Positions 31,323 through 34,816 of a DNA stretch of 34,816 nucleotides are shown here, in pieces. The stretch is from Fonticula alba ATCC 38817 (lineage: Eukaryota; Protista; Nucleariida). The position numbers were made by a program, and so were the translations under genes. How positions within the stretch are numbered: position 1 is the stretch's first letter; each line of letters starts with the position of its first letter. The DNA lies in assembly GCA_000388065.2 (NCBI GenBank), contig KB932201.1; one strand, written 5' to 3'. Below the pieces are notes generated by a model. That model was not told where the DNA came from, did not search any database, and saw only the letters and a program-made list of their open reading frames with translations.

Positions 31323-34300
31323 AAATGCCGGGAGCGAGCCCGCCGGCGGGCAACGGCACCCCCGGGCCTCGGCCGCGAAATGGGCGGGATCATGGTCGGC
31401 GGGCATGGGCGTTTGCGCGCGCACCGGGCAAACTCGGGCCGGTGAGGGAGCGCTAGCGCCGTCGGGCCGGCGGCCCCCGGGGACATGGGGAGCGGGACGT
31501 TTGGATGGAGGCCACGCCTTGGGCATCAGCTAGAGGCTACTGCCCGGGAGGCAGCCTGCAGGGTGGGAGCCAATCGGCCACCCGGTTCCCAGCGCGCGTG
31601 GGCAGTCCGATCCCCGGCCCGGGCCAGGCTCGGGCGCCGGTCCGGCTCAAGGGTGGCCGCCTGGCGGGCCCTCATGGCGGGGGGCCGGGCGACCGGCCAG
31701 CACCACTGGCCGAAGGGCAGTGGTAAAATGCCGATCCCTGCCGGCCCGGCCACCCGGCCTCCAGCCGCATGGGGGCCTCAGCGCGCCGATGCCTGCCCAT
31801 GGTCCGGCAGCGCGGCCGCCGACCGGCTGTTGTCTGCCGAGGGGGGCCATCGCCGAGGGGCGCGATGCGCCCGGCCCGGGGGGTAGGCCTCCAACGCGGG
31901 CCCGGCGCCAGATGGGCCCCCACCTACGGGCCGTCCGGCTGTGCCGGGCGCCTATGGCCGGGGCACCGGGGCCCAAGCTGGCCGGGCAGCGTCCGGACCC
32001 AGCCCCTTCCACGAACATCAGAGCAGGTAGAGAGACACCACGAGCGAAAAAGAGACACCGGGGGACGGGCCCAGAGAGAGAGAGAGAGGGAGGCGGGGAG
32101 ACCGAGCGGGCGAGGGGGGCCGCGGCGCGCCCAGGCCCGCGCCCCCGCGCTGGAGGCATGCACATTGGCGCGCCGCTCCGAGCCCGGCCCATGAACATGC
32201 AGCCGCCACCCACGCGTGCCGGAGGGGGGTGGCCCTTCCGGCGCCCACGGGCGTCGGCCGCCATGCTCGCCGGCAGCTGCCTGCCGTTCCCGGGCGCGCC
32301 CGGCGCCGAGCGCCCCCGCACGGACCACGGGGTGGTGGCGCGCTCGTCCGGCCAGCATGCCCATGCCTCTGGGAAAAGGAAGCCCGCCAGCCGGGGCGGC
32401 CCGCCGGGCGCCCTGGGAAGTCCGCCATTTTTTTCCTTCCCTCGTTGGGCGGGCACCGGGGGTGGGGCCGCGCGCCCGTTGCCGCACCCCCCGCCCCGGG
32501 AAGGACTTTGGGCGGGCATTTCCGCGCGTCGCCGCTTTCCAGCCCGCCCTCCCCGGGGAGGGGGGGGGGGGGCGGGGAACCCGGGGGCCGGGGGGACGGG
32601 CGGCGGGGGCCCGGAGAGGTCCCCCCTGGCCGGACCGCGAACCTAGGGGGCCCCACCCGTCCAGGACCCCGGAGGAGGCACACCCGCCCGCGTGCACAAA
32701 GGTGACAAGCCCCCGCCCCCCCCACTCCGCCCCGCCCCGCCCCGCCCGGCGCCGTCCTGCCCTACCTCGTCTCGAGTGGCCTCTTCGAGTGGCACCGTAG
32801 CCCGCCGACCTGGGCAAGAGGCCACAAAACACCGAAACCGTCGCCACGCCGAGGGCTCATGGTGACGGGGATGAAGGCCGAGATGAGAACATGAGAATGG
32901 CCGGGGGGAGGGAAATGCAGGGGCCCCTGCCCGGGGACGGTCCATGCGCAGACCGCTGGTCGCGCCCGAACGAGACCGCCCCCAACGCGCAGGCACCGGA
33001 TCAGAGCCGGGCGCACGGGTCTCTCGCCGGGGAATATGGACACAAAGAACACGGCCACACTTCCGGCGCCGGCCGGTGTCCAGCGTCGCGGGCCGGTGCG
33101 CCTACTCGGCATGCCCTCCCTCTCGCAGGTCCTCCGAGCCACAGGGCGAGGGGCCCCAGGCCCGCGAGGTAGCCATTCGATGAAACTGTCGGGGTGCGCG
33201 CACAATGAAGCGAGCCCCTGGCAGTGCGCCATGTGCGTGCGCCCTTTGTTTTCAAAGCTACCACCGCCCCCGGCCGAGCCCGGCGCCCTTCGGCGGTGGG
33301 GCCCAGTGGCCAGGTCCGGCTCCCGGTGCGATGGCCGGGCACCGGATCGGCGTACACTTAGCGGCGTTTGTTTTCGACATCCTCCCCCCGGGCATATCAT
33401 TGTGCAGGCCGCCGGTGGCGAAACGGCCCGCCGAACGGTCCTGGAAGGGGACCTCGGCACTTTCAAGCACCACCTGCACGGGGGCCCCACCGGCGGGGGA
33501 CCGGCCGATGCTTGGGCAGTTGGCGCCCTGTGCAGGCACCACCGCCACCCAGGCTGCGCTGCCTTGCTGCACCCACAGGCCCGCCAGCCTCGCTGGCGGT
33601 GAGAGAGGGTCCGGTCGGCCGGACACCGCCGGGCACGCGGCGTGCACGTGTGCCCGGCCCGATGGCCTCACACACCCGCCAGATGCTTGTCACACGGTTG
33701 GCCGGGAAAAAATCCCGGACAAAGGAGCGTACCGGCGAGCCGATTGTCCGAGCCGCCACCGGGCTACGGCCGCCCCCTTGGGCCGCCGTCCCGCCTCACC
33801 GAGCAGGACAAGACACGAGGCGGCCCGGCTGCGGCTCTTCGCGGCGCCCGGCGGCGACGCGCCCGTGTCACCGTCGGCCCGTGTCCACAGCCGCGCCCGG
33901 CACGGCCCCTTCCCGGAGAAAACCGCCGCCCCTTCCTTCGGGGGAAGGGGGAGAAGGCGGGGGGGGGGGGGGGGGGGCGGAACGAGCGGCAGACCCAGAA
34001 GGCACGGTGCTCGGTGGAGTCCCGGCGCCCGGAGGCTTGCTCGGGCCCCGGGTCCCAGAGCGGGCCACAATGCTTGCGCCGGCGATTGTCCGCCCAAATG
34101 GAAACCCCTGGCTGCCCCGGCGACCCCCCGGGGGGAGAGGGCCCCAGTCGCTCTCCGCCCCCGCCTCCGACGGTCTGGGCAATCGGCGTGTGCTACGGAT
34201 AACCTAATACCCCCGGGCGGCCGAGGAACGCAGGTCCTCGGAGGGCCGACTGTCGCCCGGCCGCTTTGACCCCGGAAATGCACATATGCGGGGGGGGGGG

Positions 34301-34757
34301 GGGCATGTCTGGCAAGCGGGCGGGCGGCCGGGCGACGGGATTTCCTGTCTCCCACGCGCACCCAAATGTGGCCCTGCTGGACCAGGCCCCCGCCCCATCT
34401 CCTTGGAAGGCGCATCAGGCGCGGAGGCCCGCATTCTTGCGGTCGCGGTCTTTCGGTCCTCTCCAGGCAAGGATGGGACCGGTGTCCGACGACAACCCGC
34501 GAATCCACGGGCCCCTTTCAGGACTAGCAAGGAGGCTGAGGCGCGGGGGGGAGGGGGGGGGGGGGTCTTTGCCGACCGCCGTCACCCATGGGCCGCCAAG
34601 GAAGGGGGAGCCACCGCGCCCGGAGCCCGGCATACCAGCTCAGGTTCTGCCAGCCATATGATAGTCCCTTGAGCCAGCGCCCAAGCCAGGAAGTCCGGAG
34701 ACCGGAGGGGACCTGGGGACCGGCCAGGGGGGGAGTTGATAAAACACCGGCCGATTA

Positions 34758-34816
34758 TTATTTACCGCTTTTCCTCGGTTCCAGCTTCGTGTACAAGCAT
34801 TCGTAGTATCCACTGC
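34758..34816 (-). CDS. Possible 3' end of a gene that runs in from beyond the window (...SGYYECLYTKLEPRKSGK*)
   Basis: Codons are mostly C/G-ending and the frame ends in tandem TAA TAA. It is too short to identify. Confidence 0.2.
   Translation of the reverse strand, partial: SGYYECLYTKLEPRKSGK

Noticed and set aside
30818-34816. Idea that the terminal GC-rich region contains rDNA, 5S, SRP RNA or a transposon
   Set aside because: I saw no conserved 18S/28S/5.8S/5S or SRP helix-8 motifs, no RT, transposase or integrase motifs, and no terminal inverted repeats on either strand. An rDNA spacer cannot be excluded without flanking sequence.
1-34816. CRISPR arrays or prokaryotic operon/defence systems
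   Set aside because: There are no regularly spaced repeat-spacer units, and the genes have spliceosomal introns and eukaryote-specific products.

Overview
GC-rich, intron-containing eukaryotic genomic DNA with many poly-C/poly-G tracts and two N gaps. It is not prokaryotic: I found no CRISPR array, rRNA or recognisable mobile element. The gene mix and sequence style suggest a unicellular opisthokont such as Fonticula, but this is an unverified inference. By splicing ORF fragments by hand at GT-AG sites I reconstructed nine protein-coding genes: PSF2/GINS2 (+), an SDR16C-like dehydrogenase (-), a J-domain protein fused to TMEM185-like membrane repeats (+), RRP45 (-), a She9/Mdm33-like protein with a very long low-complexity N-terminus (+), a BORCS8-like protein (+), BCD1/ZNHIT6 (-), an intronless orphan of about 890 aa (-) and a two-HMG-box TFAM/Abf2-like protein (-). 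There is also a clear tRNA-Ala(AGC). Two long stretches (about 4.0-9.2 kb and 28.1-34.7 kb) have no recognisable gene. The strongest observations are a 5' splice-site consensus of GTGCGY with no +4A in 28 inferred donors, sense-strand C-tracts in introns, and long perfect (GC)n tracts. A candidate RNase MRP-like RNA at about 6826-7101 is speculative. Most ORFs in the supplied track are spurious GC-rich read-throughs. I cannot support a claim of a definitively new biological system from sequence alone.
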